A DNA stretch of 64,000 bases, taken from positions 3,936,001 to 4,000,000 of the forward strand of contig OY759599.1 in assembly GCA_963662465.1 (NCBI GenBank), in the 5' to 3' direction. Of the stretch, positions 11,184 to 21,818 are shown in pieces. Under the pieces are notes generated by a model. It ran no database searches and was not told the origin of the DNA. It saw only the letters and a program-made list of their open reading frames with translations. Made by a program: the position numbers and the translations under genes. This DNA comes from Desulfatiglandales bacterium (GTDB lineage Bacteria; Desulfobacterota; DSM-4660; Desulfatiglandales; Desulfatiglandaceae). How positions within the stretch are numbered: position 1 is the stretch's first letter; each line of letters starts with the position of its first letter.

Positions 11184-11246
11184 GTTGCCTCCAATCGAAA
11201 ATCGGGAACTGAAAACCGTCAACTTTCATGTCAACATGCTCGGTGA

Positions 11247-11723
11247 TCATTTGCCGCAGCATTTTTTGTATTTTTTGCCGCTGCCACAGGGACAACGGGC
11301 ATTTCGACCGATTTTATGGTTGATGTCGGACGAGGATTCAAGCAGGTCTCCATCGACATAAAACCATTGATTATTTTCTTTTACGAAACGGCTGACTTCA
11401 TGAAGGTTACAGCTCTCTTTTTCGCGAATGAATTTTGCGATGAACTCAACGACCCCATGATGATCCCTTTCATCCCCCGCTTCAATGCGAACAATCTGTA
11501 GATCGTACCAGTCAGGAATTGCCGATGCAACAATGGTGGAAGGTTTTGTGGATGAATGCCAGGTTTTCAGCAGATAATTTACGTCTTTTACAACATATGC
11601 GGTATATCGCGATCGCATTAACGCTTCAGCGGTAACGGCACATTTATTTCCGGATATCAATGGGCTGCAACAAGAGACATAAGATAGCCCGGAATTACAC
11701 GGGCAAGGGTTGTAGGCAGTCAT
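11247..11723 (-). CDS. ychJ: YchJ / SEC-C motif protein
   Basis: PCPCNSG, AEALMRSRYTAY, LHEVSRF, WFYVDG, GRNARCPCGSGKKYKKCC. Confidence 0.9.
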   Translation of the reverse strand: MTAYNPCPCNSGLSYVSCCSPLISGNKCAVTAEALMRSRYTAYVVKDVNYLLKTWHSSTKPSTIVASAIPDWYDLQIVRIEAGDERDHHGVVEFIAKFIREKESCNLHEVSRFVKENNQWFYVDGDLLESSSDINHKIGRNARCPCGSGKKYKKCCGK

Positions 11724-11803
11724 GGTCTTTCTCCGAATAAAATAAAATGGGCTTGCCCAGAAATCCATCAAATCCCGGGCCTTGATCATCGTTTCGGCCA
11801 TTT

Positions 11804-11908
11804 GCCACCAGGGGTTGAAACCCCTGGCTATTATCAACCGTCCCTACAGGACGGTAAAAGCCCCATCGGGGCGAAAGACAATAGCCTGGCAATTTATTGC
11901 CTGGTGGC
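11804..11908. repeat. Multi-hairpin palindromic REP/BIME-like element
   Basis: Outer GCCACCA/TGGTGGC arms enclosing CCAGGGGTTGAAACCCCTGG, CCGTCC-CTAC-AGGACGG, GCCCC-ATC-GGGGC and GGCAAT-TT-ATTGCC. Confidence 0.6.
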
Positions 11909-11977
11909 CGAAAAGATGATCAAAGCCGAAAACTCGAATTATCGGGAGTGAAGCCGGATGATTTACCCGATTTTGCA

Positions 11978-12012
11978 GAAAAGCCCCGGCCGGACATCGT
12001 ACGACCGGGGCT
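11978..12012 (-). terminator. Intrinsic terminator of the DUF4143 ATPase gene
   Basis: AGCCCCGG...CCGGGGCT followed by U residues on the minus strand, right after the stop. Confidence 0.6.
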
Positions 12013-13361
12013 CATCGTTGAACCTGCGAAATTAATCCCGGCATAGCCTCAATTGCATAGAGAGGAACAGACAAAACTGAGTCGGTAAACGATAAAGGAT
12101 GGAGAGAAAAGCGGATGCCGAAGGAAACATTTTTTTCAGAAAGATATATTCTGAGGCTCTTGAGCGTTCCCGTCTTACCGGCTTTAACTTCAATGGGTAG
12201 AATATCTTCGCCCTTTTGCCATAAATAATCGACTTCCGCCGCACTACCCCTTGCCTCTCTCTGCCAGTAATAAAGTTCCGGTTCGACAAAATGCCTTCCC
12301 AATGCCAGAAGCTGCTGACCAACAAATTGTTCAGCAACAAGCCCTTTATACACCGCCAGCAAATTCTCAGATAGATATGTTTCCCTGGCAATACCCATGG
12401 CACTTTGCAAAAGCCCCACATCCAGAAAAAGAATTTTGAAGTGCTTCTCATTACAGTGGGCGGCAAGCGGGAGACCAGAGCCCGAAGCAGCCGTCACTTT
12501 ATAAAGGATGTGGGCTTTTATCAACAAATTCAGTGGCTTTTTTATGTCGCGTGCATTCACACCACTATCAATACCAGCGTATTTAAATTTATTACCCACG
12601 GTTGCCGGTGATTTGGCAAAGACTTTTTCAAGAAGTCTGAAATTGACATGTCTTCCGTATTTACCAAAATCATTTTTGTAACTCTGCAAAAGAAGTTGAT
12701 GTATTTCATCGGTTTTTTGTAAGTTCTTTGCAGCTAGAAAGGTGGCGATGGTTTCGGGCATACCTCCCAGGTATAAGTATTCCCGTAGCAGGGTAACGGA
12801 CTTCACGTGGATGGATTCAGGGATGTGTTGAACTATCGACAAATTCTGAAACCATTGCCTGAGTTTATATTCACCACAGGCGGACAGGAACTCTCCAAAT
12901 GACAACGGGAGCAGATAAATGCTTTGAACCCGCCCCACGGGAAAAGAAATGGCTTCTGCTTCCATAATGAACTCGAGCAGAGAACCTGCTGCAATAAGAT
13001 GGAGGGCGGGAAGTTTTTCGTAGAAATAACGAAGCGCTTTGACGGCCTCCGGACATTCCTGAATTTCATCCAGGAAAAGCAGGGTGTTCCCTGGAATAAT
13101 ATCAACATTTAGCGACAACTCAATACGCTGAATAACTTCCTTTGGATCAAGGGAAGTAAAGCAGGATTTCATTTGTGGTCGAAATTCAAAATTAATTTCA
13201 ATGAGCGTGTCAAATTCAGTCCGGCCGAACTGATTGACAAGCCATGTTTTTCCGACCTGTCTCGCTCCCCGAATGATTAGCGGCTTCCGATTTTTTTCAG
13301 TTTTCCAGGTTTTTAGCCACTTATAGACATCACGTTCCATAAAAAACGCCTGCATCCTCAT
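12012..13361 (-). CDS. AAA_14 + DUF4143 ATP-binding protein
   Basis: GARQVGKT, LFLDEIQ, GGMPE, YYW...AEVDY...PIEVKAG. Confidence 0.9.
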   Translation of the reverse strand: MRMQAFFMERDVYKWLKTWKTEKNRKPLIIRGARQVGKTWLVNQFGRTEFDTLIEINFEFRPQMKSCFTSLDPKEVIQRIELSLNVDIIPGNTLLFLDEIQECPEAVKALRYFYEKLPALHLIAAGSLLEFIMEAEAISFPVGRVQSIYLLPLSFGEFLSACGEYKLRQWFQNLSIVQHIPESIHVKSVTLLREYLYLGGMPETIATFLAAKNLQKTDEIHQLLLQSYKNDFGKYGRHVNFRLLEKVFAKSPATVGNKFKYAGIDSGVNARDIKKPLNLLIKAHILYKVTAASGSGLPLAAHCNEKHFKILFLDVGLLQSAMGIARETYLSENLLAVYKGLVAEQFVGQQLLALGRHFVEPELYYWQREARGSAAEVDYLWQKGEDILPIEVKAGKTGTLKSLRIYLSEKNVSFGIRFSLHPLSFTDSVLSVPLYAIEAMPGLISQVQR

Positions 13362-13543
13362 GTTTTTTCAAGCCCTGATCATCCTTTCAGCCGCGTTATT
13401 CCGGTCAAACATCGCTTTTGGGAATTATAGATGCAACAAAGCGATTTGTCAAATAATAAGCCATGTATTGTTCTATGTTGTCATAATCACCACTAGCTAA
13501 TTGCCAGCATTGTCAAAATATAGCGGTTCATAGCTGAGTTTGT

Positions 13544-13725
13544 TTATTCGGTTAATAGCATTTGGATGTCGCCTTCGTAGCCCCGAGCCATGTTCAGTGC
13601 CTCTTTCGGACTGTTCGATGTCATCACCGCATAGCCCAGCTTTTCTAAGATTTCTTGGGCCAACGCCAACACCCTTGTATTATCCTCCACCACCAGGATG
13701 GTCTCACCATGGCCTCGGGGTTTAG
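13544..13725 (-). pseudogene. REC-domain fragment of a hybrid kinase
   Basis: GHGETILVVEDN...EKLGYAV...SPKEAL...MLLT, truncated on both sides. Confidence 0.65.
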
Positions 13726-13748
13726 ACCCTAATTCCCAGGTTTTCTGT

Positions 13749-14016
13749 AAAGTATTTATTGATTTTGGCAAGATCATATTTGCAGCCCTTGTAGTCGGCA
13801 ACTTCTTGCCGAAAAACATTGTCCTCATAAACTATACACTGATAGGCATCGGTTTGCTGATTTCCGCTATATCCATTATTTTCGGCGTCTTTCTTCTCAA
13901 AGGAGTTAACAATAAAAATGACCGGCTTGCTTTTAATAGGCGCTTTCATAATCGTAGGTGGCCTGGTAGCGCTTTATTTTGCTCGCGACAAAAAAGCCCG
14001 GTACCGATCTCATTAA
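13749..14016 (+). repeat. 5'-truncated copy of the small membrane-peptide gene pair at 46742-47043; its second peptide ORF (13918-14016) is intact
   Basis: Near-identical to 46778-47043. Confidence 0.85.
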
Positions 14017-14051
14017 GGGAATAAATGAGTCCCCTCACGGGCCTTTTCGGA

Positions 14052-16448
14052 TTATGTCAAAAGCTTTGGTTTCAGCAACTGCTGGTGAGGATTCTTTTCA
14101 GGTTTCCTCTTTTCCAATTCTTCCTTAACGGCAATCCCAACCTTTGCCAGGGTGTAGGGTTTCTTTATATATTTCCCTGCCCCTAATTCTTGGGCAAGGT
14201 CTACCTCTTTCGTCTTGACATACCCGCTCGCGATGATTGCCTTCTGTTCGGGACGGATCTTGACGATCTCTTCGTATGTCTCACGACCGTTGATCCCTTT
14301 GGGCATGACCATGTCAAGGACAATAAGATCCACCGGATGTTTTTTCACATATTCAACGGCTTCTTCCCCGCTTGAGACAACTTCAGCGATATAACCCAGT
14401 CTGCTCAATATCCCGCTCGCGATCTCTCTCTGCCGCTCCTCATCATCGACCACTAAGATTTTCTCGCCTTGCCCGAGGTAATCTTCCAGGGGAACTTCTT
14501 CCTTCTCAGCAGCTACTTCTTCTCTTGTCACGGGGAAATAGAGTTCAAAGACCGTTCCCTTCTCACCGGTATTTACGTTTATGTACCCCTTATGGTCCTG
14601 GACCGTGTTCCACACAACAGCCAGCCCCAGACCTGTGCCGCTCCTGCCCATGACCTTCTTGGTATAAAAGGGCTCAAAGATCCTCTCAAGGTCTCCTGGC
14701 GTTATCCCGGAACCGTCGTCTGATACGGTCATTACAGCATATTCTCCTTGACGGACATCCTCATAGCCCTTCAAAGGCTCATCCAGGTAACGGTTTAAGG
14801 TGGAAACGGTTACCGTACCGCTACCCCCAATGGCTTCCGAAGCATTGGCAATCAAATTCATCAAGACCTTTTTGATGTGGGTGGGGGAACAGTTTATATT
14901 CAACAGATCCAAGTCAATCTCAGTTTCAAAGGTTATAAAAGGGTGCGTTTCAACAAGTTTCCAATGCTCAGCGGAATTCAGGTATTCTTCGATTAGGGTG
15001 TTCAGATTGGAAATCTCTTTACCAATGGCAACCCCCCTGGCGATGGTCAATAGATCCGCAACCACGTCAACGGCTCTCATCCCGGATTCCTTGATTGTTT
15101 TTATGGGTTTCCTGAGTGGGCTGTCCTCGGGCAGGTCCATCAGAATCAGCTCAGGGTAGCTTACAATCCCCGAGAGGATGTTGTTCAGATCGTGGGCAAC
15201 ACCGCCTGCCATAAGACCCATGGCTTCCATCTTTTGTGCCTGGTGGAGTTGGTCTTCAAGGCGAGTTTTCTCTTCCAGAGCAAGTTTTCTCTCCGTAACA
15301 TCACGAACAACCCCCCGGAAACCAATGGGGATACCGTCTGAATTTCTTTTCAGAGATATTGAAGATTCCACACATCCCTTTGTGCCATCCTTCTTCTTGA
15401 TTTCCCATTCAAATCCTTTGATCGGTCTGCCCGTAGTATAGACTTTATGATAAATCTGATAGACGCTCTTCGCTGTTGCCTCATCCATACACTCCTTATA
15501 ATTCATGACCGTCATTTCGTTCCTGGAATATCCACGGATCCCAAGCATGGCATCATTAAAAAATGTAAAGTTTCCCGCCAAGTCAACCTCGTAATAACCC
15601 TCTTCCATTTCTTCAAGGATGGTTCGGTATTTCTCTTCACTCCGCCGCAGTTTTTCTTTTTCCTCATTTAGTTCCTCTTTACGCGCTATAAGCGCTTCTT
15701 TATTGGTCTCGACAGCCGTAATAAGACTTTCAAACGTCTGCATCATCAAACCAATTTCATTATTTGACTGAAACTTCAAAACTTCTTTCAGTCTGCCAGA
15801 GATATCGGCATCAGGGCGTTCCCGATATTCTTCCATTAAGGCTGTTGTTACCGCCAATGGCCTGCCAAGCTTTTTCTTTAAAAATACAAAATACATTAGT
15901 ATTGAAATCGAAAGCAAAACCAGTCCCAATCCGCATAACAGCAAAATGGTTCTTATGATTTGGGCTTTAATATATGCATTTGACAATCCAATTCTGACGA
16001 TACCAATGATCTCCTCTTTATTTGATAAACCGGCAAGAATTTCCTGAGTATCATCGTTTTTTAAAATATGTACGGATTTGTCTGGAATTTCCTGATAATA
16101 GTCTTTCAGTTGTTCAATGCTCAGGCCCTTGCGCTCCACCAAACCGCCTGAAGCAACAACATTCCCCGTTAGATCGTACACGGCGATATATTTTATATGT
16201 GGTGTAGACCCAAGCAATTCATCTATTACCCGGGGAATTCTGTCATAAGCCAATGTTTGAACAATGGGGTCTACAGCGGCAATGGAAATATGGCTTGATA
16301 CGAACATGCCGGTTCTCATCTTTTCATTGGTAAGATTACGGTATTGAATAATGCTTAACATACCGGTTAACAGCAAAATTAGGATACTGCCGGTTATAAT
16401 GTGCATAGCCAATGCTTTATTAAACAATCGTTCTTTTTTTCCAATCAT
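14052..16448 (-). CDS. Membrane hybrid histidine kinase (periplasmic domain, PAS, HisKA, HATPase, REC)
   Basis: Two TM segments, AGGVAHDLNNIL, FEPFYTKK, GTGLGL, ILVVDDE...LDMVMP. Confidence 0.92.
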   Translation of the reverse strand: MIGKKERLFNKALAMHIITGSILILLLTGMLSIIQYRNLTNEKMRTGMFVSSHISIAAVDPIVQTLAYDRIPRVIDELLGSTPHIKYIAVYDLTGNVVASGGLVERKGLSIEQLKDYYQEIPDKSVHILKNDDTQEILAGLSNKEEIIGIVRIGLSNAYIKAQIIRTILLLCGLGLVLLSISILMYFVFLKKKLGRPLAVTTALMEEYRERPDADISGRLKEVLKFQSNNEIGLMMQTFESLITAVETNKEALIARKEELNEEKEKLRRSEEKYRTILEEMEEGYYEVDLAGNFTFFNDAMLGIRGYSRNEMTVMNYKECMDEATAKSVYQIYHKVYTTGRPIKGFEWEIKKKDGTKGCVESSISLKRNSDGIPIGFRGVVRDVTERKLALEEKTRLEDQLHQAQKMEAMGLMAGGVAHDLNNILSGIVSYPELILMDLPEDSPLRKPIKTIKESGMRAVDVVADLLTIARGVAIGKEISNLNTLIEEYLNSAEHWKLVETHPFITFETEIDLDLLNINCSPTHIKKVLMNLIANASEAIGGSGTVTVSTLNRYLDEPLKGYEDVRQGEYAVMTVSDDGSGITPGDLERIFEPFYTKKVMGRSGTGLGLAVVWNTVQDHKGYINVNTGEKGTVFELYFPVTREEVAAEKEEVPLEDYLGQGEKILVVDDEERQREIASGILSRLGYIAEVVSSGEEAVEYVKKHPVDLIVLDMVMPKGINGRETYEEIVKIRPEQKAIIASGYVKTKEVDLAQELGAGKYIKKPYTLAKVGIAVKEELEKRKPEKNPHQQLLKPKLLT

Positions 16449-16458
16449 TGCTTAGCCT

Positions 16459-17790
16459 CTATTCAGGGATTGGATAAATAAACGCATATTCAGTTGCATT
16501 TTCAGGCCACACCAGTCTTTGCTTTCCATTTTGAATTTGAACCAAAACCATTGGATGGCCGATATTAAGCCCCCTTTTATCAAAACGAATTTTCCCATAG
16601 AAAAGTTCAATGTTCAAGTTGCGAATGTTTTCCAGAACCTGTTGTGCGTCCAGAGTACTGCATTGTTCTATTGCCAGTTGATAAATTAAACAGCCGGTTG
16701 TAGCCTGTGCGTTTTGATAGGTAGGATGCCGGCCGTATCTTTTTTCAAATATTTTGGCATATTCCTGACTGCTGCCGAAAAATGGACCTTTATATCCTGC
16801 GTTGCTTGACCATTGGCTTATGCCGGTCATGTATTCAGCCTTTTGCCCAAGGTCTTTCACAAAATTTATCTGGGTGGGGCCAAGCGTCATTACAACTGCT
16901 TTAGGACGATAATCTTCTTTTTTATGCAGCATTTCAACCAATAGAACCGCATCCTGATAATGCCCGGTAAAGACAATAATATCGGGAGATTTTTCGCTTA
17001 ATTCTTCGATAAAATTAATCCAGTTTTCGCTGCTCGTATCTATCACTTTGTAATAAATCTCCTGAAAACCAACTTTACCACCCCAAATACGGGCGCCTTT
17101 GGCTACACTTTTCGGAAACAACTTATCTTTGGAGGTAAACGCAAGTACTGCATACGTGAGCTTTTCTGAGCTTTTTTGGGACATCATTATGAAAAACTCT
17201 CTTGTATACCAGGAGGCGGAAGTAAGCGCGGCAAAGGTGCATCTTGTATTTTTTGAAAAGATCACTTCTGAGGCGCCGCATGTTTCTACCAGAATTTTTC
17301 CATATTGTTCAGCGATCTCACTTGCCGCCAGGGTCAGGCCGCTGGAATATGGGCCAAGCAAAAAATCAACTTTATCTTCGTTGATAAGTCTGACAATATT
17401 TTCCCGAACTTTTTCCTTATTGCTTTCATCATCATAATAAATGATTCGCGCTGGATATCTTTTGTCGCCTACTTTCAACCCGCCTTCATTATTGACTTTT
17501 TCAACCCACAGATTATATCCCTCCATAACCCGTTGCCCTTCAGAAATATAGCAGCCGCTTTCTGAAATAGAGCAGCCGAATAATATTTCCGACCGATCCG
17601 GTTTTTCCGGGAGTGGCGATACGGGCTTAGCAGCTTCCTTTTGAGCAGCCGTATCGCTTACTTTTTCATTTTTTTCCGGATTATGAAAAACCGACACAAG
17701 AATCATCACGATTCCCACAGTGATCGCAATTGAAACCAACATGACAACTTTTTTAGTTCCTGAAGCTTCTTTATTTCCAGAATGTTTCAT
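16459..17790 (-). CDS. LivJ/LivK-like periplasmic binding protein, N-terminally anchored, upstream of the kinase
   Basis: YYDDES, VDFLLGPYSSGLT, FYGKIRFD...VQIQNG; 10-nt gap to the kinase gene. Confidence 0.85.
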   Translation of the reverse strand: MKHSGNKEASGTKKVVMLVSIAITVGIVMILVSVFHNPEKNEKVSDTAAQKEAAKPVSPLPEKPDRSEILFGCSISESGCYISEGQRVMEGYNLWVEKVNNEGGLKVGDKRYPARIIYYDDESNKEKVRENIVRLINEDKVDFLLGPYSSGLTLAASEIAEQYGKILVETCGASEVIFSKNTRCTFAALTSASWYTREFFIMMSQKSSEKLTYAVLAFTSKDKLFPKSVAKGARIWGGKVGFQEIYYKVIDTSSENWINFIEELSEKSPDIIVFTGHYQDAVLLVEMLHKKEDYRPKAVVMTLGPTQINFVKDLGQKAEYMTGISQWSSNAGYKGPFFGSSQEYAKIFEKRYGRHPTYQNAQATTGCLIYQLAIEQCSTLDAQQVLENIRNLNIELFYGKIRFDKRGLNIGHPMVLVQIQNGKQRLVWPENATEYAFIYPIPE

Positions 17791-18099
17791 GATTATTCCC
17801 TTTTAAATGTATAATTCATAGCGATCATAATCACGCAGGGATTGGAAGGGTTTCATGGCGAGCTGTTTGGGCAATTACCTCGGTAATAGTGCAATTCTTG
17901 GTCTGAGACTGGATCGCCGCCTGATATTGTCCGCGTCGTCGAAGCCGGAGTTTGTACGCGCCGGCCCAGGCCGTCAAGTCACGCACCCACGCTTCATCAG
18001 CAGGCTTCTCACCCGAGAGAGTATGCCTGGTAAAACGTTTCAGATAGCACGCCGTATTTCCGTTCGTAAGTTCGCATTTCATCTTCTAGCGCGTACATA

Positions 18100-18501
18100 T
18101 CAAGGTTCCTTGCGATCAATTTCAAATTTGTCAAAGTCACGATCATAGCTGTAAAGGATATTTTGCTTATCTCCTTCCAAACAGGCAATTAGATAACAAT
18201 CCACGATGTCTAATCGGTTATCATGCCAGAGTGTCAGCGTCCTGCGAACAATTCTTTTGTCTTTAACAATAATTCCCTTATATTCAAGGATGCTCAGCAT
18301 CCCCTTTGCGATCTCTTCCATGGGGACAGAGTAAAAGCGCTTTAAAACAAATACCACCTGGAACAAAACAATCAATTTCAGCTCAACCCGCAAATCTCCA
18401 CGTTCCAGAGATTCAAATAGAGTATATACCTCTCGAAACTTCTGTGTGTTGTCGGATGTCAAAAAACGAACCAGAACATTGGTGTCCAATAGGGCTATCA
18501 T
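18100..18501 (-). CDS. vapC: PIN-domain toxin (VapC-like)
   Basis: LLDTNVLVRFL, DIVDCYL, LYSYDRDF. Confidence 0.85.
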   Translation of the reverse strand: MIALLDTNVLVRFLTSDNTQKFREVYTLFESLERGDLRVELKLIVLFQVVFVLKRFYSVPMEEIAKGMLSILEYKGIIVKDKRIVRRTLTLWHDNRLDIVDCYLIACLEGDKQNILYSYDRDFDKFEIDRKEP

Positions 18502-18791
18502 TTTCTCCACTCCTGAATAAAACCTGCTTCGGTTGCCCTATTGATATCCGATTCATCAAGCGTTGGCTTCTCTTTCGCGTATTTTCCAAACATTCCAAAT
18601 AAGCAGTCGGTCAGAGATTTCTCTTTTTTTTCTTTTTGCACAGGTTTCAGTAAGATGCCATCGGCTTTTGAAATGACATCAATACGATCGCCAATCTCAA
18701 TCTGATATTTTTTTCTTAAAGCAACAGGAATGACAATTTGTCCTTTAGGAAAGACTTTCATTTTCACAGATTCTTTTGAAGTTGCAGCCAT
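18498..18791 (-). CDS. AbrB/MazE-type antitoxin (VapB-like)
   Basis: KGQIVIPVALRKKYQIEIGD; overlaps the vapC start. Confidence 0.85.
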   Translation of the reverse strand: MAATSKESVKMKVFPKGQIVIPVALRKKYQIEIGDRIDVISKADGILLKPVQKEKKEKSLTDCLFGMFGKYAKEKPTLDESDINRATEAGFIQEWRK

Positions 18792-18811
18792 ACTTTTTCC
18801 TCAATATAAGT

Positions 18812-18851
18812 GTTATACTTGACAATATGAAAAAGTATAACCAGGTGTCAA
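18812..18851 (-). promoter_or_regulatory. vapBC promoter with inverted-repeat operator
   Basis: TTGACA on the minus strand (18851-18846) and GTTATACTT-N12-AAGTATAAC. Confidence 0.5.
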
Positions 18852-19146
18852 TTCCTATTTTGGAGAGTATCCAAGTATGCTATCCGCCGTTGACCGGCCA
18901 ACCCCCTACCCTTTGTGAATGCCCTGGTTTTACACCCTACATTCCGCACCTTTCGAGAGAGGGTTTTTGAATAAAAAAATGAGCTTCGAAAGCATGTGGA
19001 GGTCGATTTTAGCAGACAAACGCAAAGGCCTTGATGCGACGCTTGAAGGGAGGGTGAACCACAAAAAATGGACGGATAATCTGAAAGCATTCGGGTTGTT
19101 TCCCAAATTTTCTCCGCAACTTTTGTGGCCGCTTCAGGGCTATCCT

Positions 19147-19410
19147 TTATTTCACCGGGGCGGCAATCGTCGTTCGTCCTTCCAACACCTCTTTCAACTT
19201 CTCAGCCAATGTCGAGATCAAGAACGGTTTCTGAATAAAGGCTTAGGCGCCGGCCTCCAGTATCTCCCGGGCAGGGCCATCTATCCTATAGCCACTGCAC
19301 ACGATTACTTTCAGATCCGATCTGGCTTCCATGATAAGGGGATAGACCTCGTTACCACCCATATCAGGCAGTTTTATGTCAAGGAGAGCAAGGTCAATCC
19401 GGCCATCAAA
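19147..19410 (-). pseudogene. Duplicated 3' end (REC) of the MASE3 kinase gene
   Basis: Closely similar to 26163-26425. Confidence 0.8.
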
Positions 19411-19705
19411 TGTGAGCTTATTCAGGAGAAATAGGTTGATTAATTCAAAACATCTATTGTATTTTTGCCGGAACCAACTTTACGAAAGGCCGCAAATACA
19501 TCTACGAAAAGGCTTGCAATGTTGGGAAAAACTGGGCCTACTCGACTCACATCTATGTTAATGAAAAACATCCAATTGGGTTTTTCTAAAGCCATTTCGG
19601 GCGGCCATTCGGCGCGGTCAATGATGTTTATGGACGGCGTTCTGACGACGCTGCTCGCCAGCAGCCACCTCAGCCATATCCATATTCATTAAAGGAGCCT
19701 TCGTC

Positions 19706-20101
19706 ATGACCGACAAACCAGCAAAAGACTTCACCGACCTGGTGGAGGCCGTACGACGGGTGCACAGCGAGTGTGCTGCTGCGGTCAACCGCACGGTCAA
19801 CACCACGCTCACGATTCGCAACTGGCTCATCGGCGGGTATATCCGAGAGTTCGAACAAAATGGATCCGACCGGGCGCAATACGGGGCACGGCTGCTTCAA
19901 CGGCTTTCGGAATCTCTGCAAGCATGTTTGGACCGATGTTATACCGGACGCTACCTTGGGTTATGCCGCCAGCTTTTTGATGTATATCCGTCAATTCGGA
20001 AATCAGTGATTTCCAAATCGGGCATTGGCCTTCTTCCAGGAATTTTAGAAACACCTGTCGAACCATCTGAGACAACGCTTCCTCCAGAACAAACGCCGTG
20101 A
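19706..20101 (+). pseudogene. DUF1016 (YhcG-like) N-terminal domain only; nuclease part missing
   Basis: RNWLIGGYIREFEQNGSDRAQYGARLLQRLSE; RBS AAGGAG. Confidence 0.7.
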
Positions 20102-20240
20102 AATCACGGAAGGATGACATCGTTTCCCTGACCTGTCCCAATCTCCTTGCGATCCTATCCTGGGGGATGCCGAGGCGGTCCATTCGGTTCCGACATTTCT
20201 GATAACCTCAGTACGATCTGCCGGCCTTTTCCCGGTATTT

Positions 20241-20555
20241 CTACGTGTTTGGTCGATCCTGAAAGAGATGATCGTTCCGACTGTGCCTGTGGTTAAATCG
20301 TATTACGTAGCCGGTCAAAAGCCTTCGCATAACGGTTGCGATGGGAATATTGCCGGTCTTCAGCAAGAGATGAAAGTGGTTTTGTACCAGACTCCAAGCA
20401 TAACAGAGGGTATTGGATTCCTCAATAATATGCTCGACACGCGACAGAAAATCATCACAGTCCGCATTGTCGGTGAATATGTTGCGATGTTCAATTCCTC
20501 TCGCCATGACATGGTGTAGGGCACCCGGCGCGTCTATTCATGCTTTTCTCGGCAT
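20241..20555 (-). pseudogene. REP-associated tyrosine transposase (Y1) pseudogene
   Basis: MPRKA*IDAPGALHHVMARG (in-frame TGA), HUH motif NHFHLLL, truncated after HLFQDR. Confidence 0.8.
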
Positions 20556-20620
20556 AGGCGGTCAATAACACATTGCGGCAGGCGTATAAATATAAATATG
20601 TAAAGGGCGTCCCCTTACTC

Positions 20621-20667
20621 CGGAAGCCGCAACCGACCGCAGCAGGGATAATTTTTAAACAGGCTCT
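20621..20667. repeat. Partial copy (one end) of the MITE at 46275-46450
   Basis: CCGACCGCAGCAGGGATAATTTTTAAACAGGCTCT matches 46415-46450. Confidence 0.7.
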
Positions 20668-20876
20668 TCAGGCTTGCGAGCAGGTTGGACCCAAGAATTG
20701 AACCTGTTCCAGTATCTTCAAATGCCTTTGTGAATGACACCTGGATACCGCTTATCTACGAAATTAGAAAAAACGGAATAGAAATCCCCCTGCAATATAG
20801 GTTTGAGAATCGTGATGTACCTGTTCCCGTTTCTGTTTGTTTAACCGGGGCAAGAGACTTTTTTAGAATTTCATGG

Positions 20877-21818
20877 TCATTCCACAGATATCTTGGTCCT
20901 TTGAGCTTTTGCCGACAGTTTCTCCTCCGCCCAATTCCGAATCTCATCCAAACTCTCAGCCTCAAGAAACCTCTCTCCCAATTCTTCAAGCTGCTCTGTT
21001 GTCAAGCCGGCAAAGATCGGATGAACAGAATCAGAGCTGACCTGAAAACGCTTCGCAATTAGACTGGACAGAAGCTTCATAGTTCCCTGCTGCATTCCCT
21101 GCTCAATGCCTTCATCTCGTCCCTCTTTTCTTAGTACACTTGCCAGTCCCATAATATCTCCTTTCTCGCTTAGATAGCGATCGCGATAGAGTATGACTTC
21201 CTCTTCGCTCAAATCGGCATAAAAGTCGATGAAGTCTGCATATTTTCGCTGCTTTTCCGGGCTCGTCTCAAGCCGGGCCAAGCCGGTTTGCGCCGCCAGA
21301 TACATCTCAAGACGATCCTCCGGAGGATAAGCCATATTGGGAAGATTCAACCGCGCAACAATGTTGTCGCTGTCATAATATCGAGCCGATGGCAAGCCTT
21401 TGAGTTTGCACATCAAATATCGAAATTCCAAATAGGCGCATGAATTGCCGCCCAATCGCAGATAGGTCCGATGGTCTCCCGTTCTCAAAAAGATCACAAC
21501 CGGAATCACACGGTCCGTTCCCATCAATTCCGCCAGATCCAAACAATAGCGGGCTAAACGGTATATTGAAAACTCGCTGGTTTTGGTCTCTTCTTCGAGC
21601 ACAAACAAAATGGCTTCTCTCCGGCCATCCGACCATTCCACCAAAAGCGGCGTATCCAGCTCACGGAAACGATCCCCCAACCGCTCCTTCAGTTGTTCTT
21701 GTCGCACGGGGATTATTCTGGCTTCAGATAAATCTGATCCCGCTTCTTCCCCGGCAAAAAACTCCAGTGCCTGGACCGGATAATCTAGAATCAGGTTTTT
21801 GAAATTTTGATCATGCAT
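20877..21818 (-). CDS. Rpn-like PD-(D/E)xK nuclease with C-terminal DUF4351
   Basis: HDQNFKNLI, ELDTPLLV..VLEEET, EGRDEGIEQGMQQG repeats, LTTEQLEELGERFL. Confidence 0.8.
   Translation of the reverse strand: MHDQNFKNLILDYPVQALEFFAGEEAGSDLSEARIIPVRQEQLKERLGDRFRELDTPLLVEWSDGRREAILFVLEEETKTSEFSIYRLARYCLDLAELMGTDRVIPVVIFLRTGDHRTYLRLGGNSCAYLEFRYLMCKLKGLPSARYYDSDNIVARLNLPNMAYPPEDRLEMYLAAQTGLARLETSPEKQRKYADFIDFYADLSEEEVILYRDRYLSEKGDIMGLASVLRKEGRDEGIEQGMQQGTMKLLSSLIAKRFQVSSDSVHPIFAGLTTEQLEELGERFLEAESLDEIRNWAEEKLSAKAQRTKISVE

Noticed and set aside
17831..18082. 83-aa ORF, possible transposase remnant
   Set aside because: No motif I can assign.
20100..20185. MDRLGIPQDRIARRLG HTH-like fragment
   Set aside because: Too short to assign; probably debris of a larger gene.
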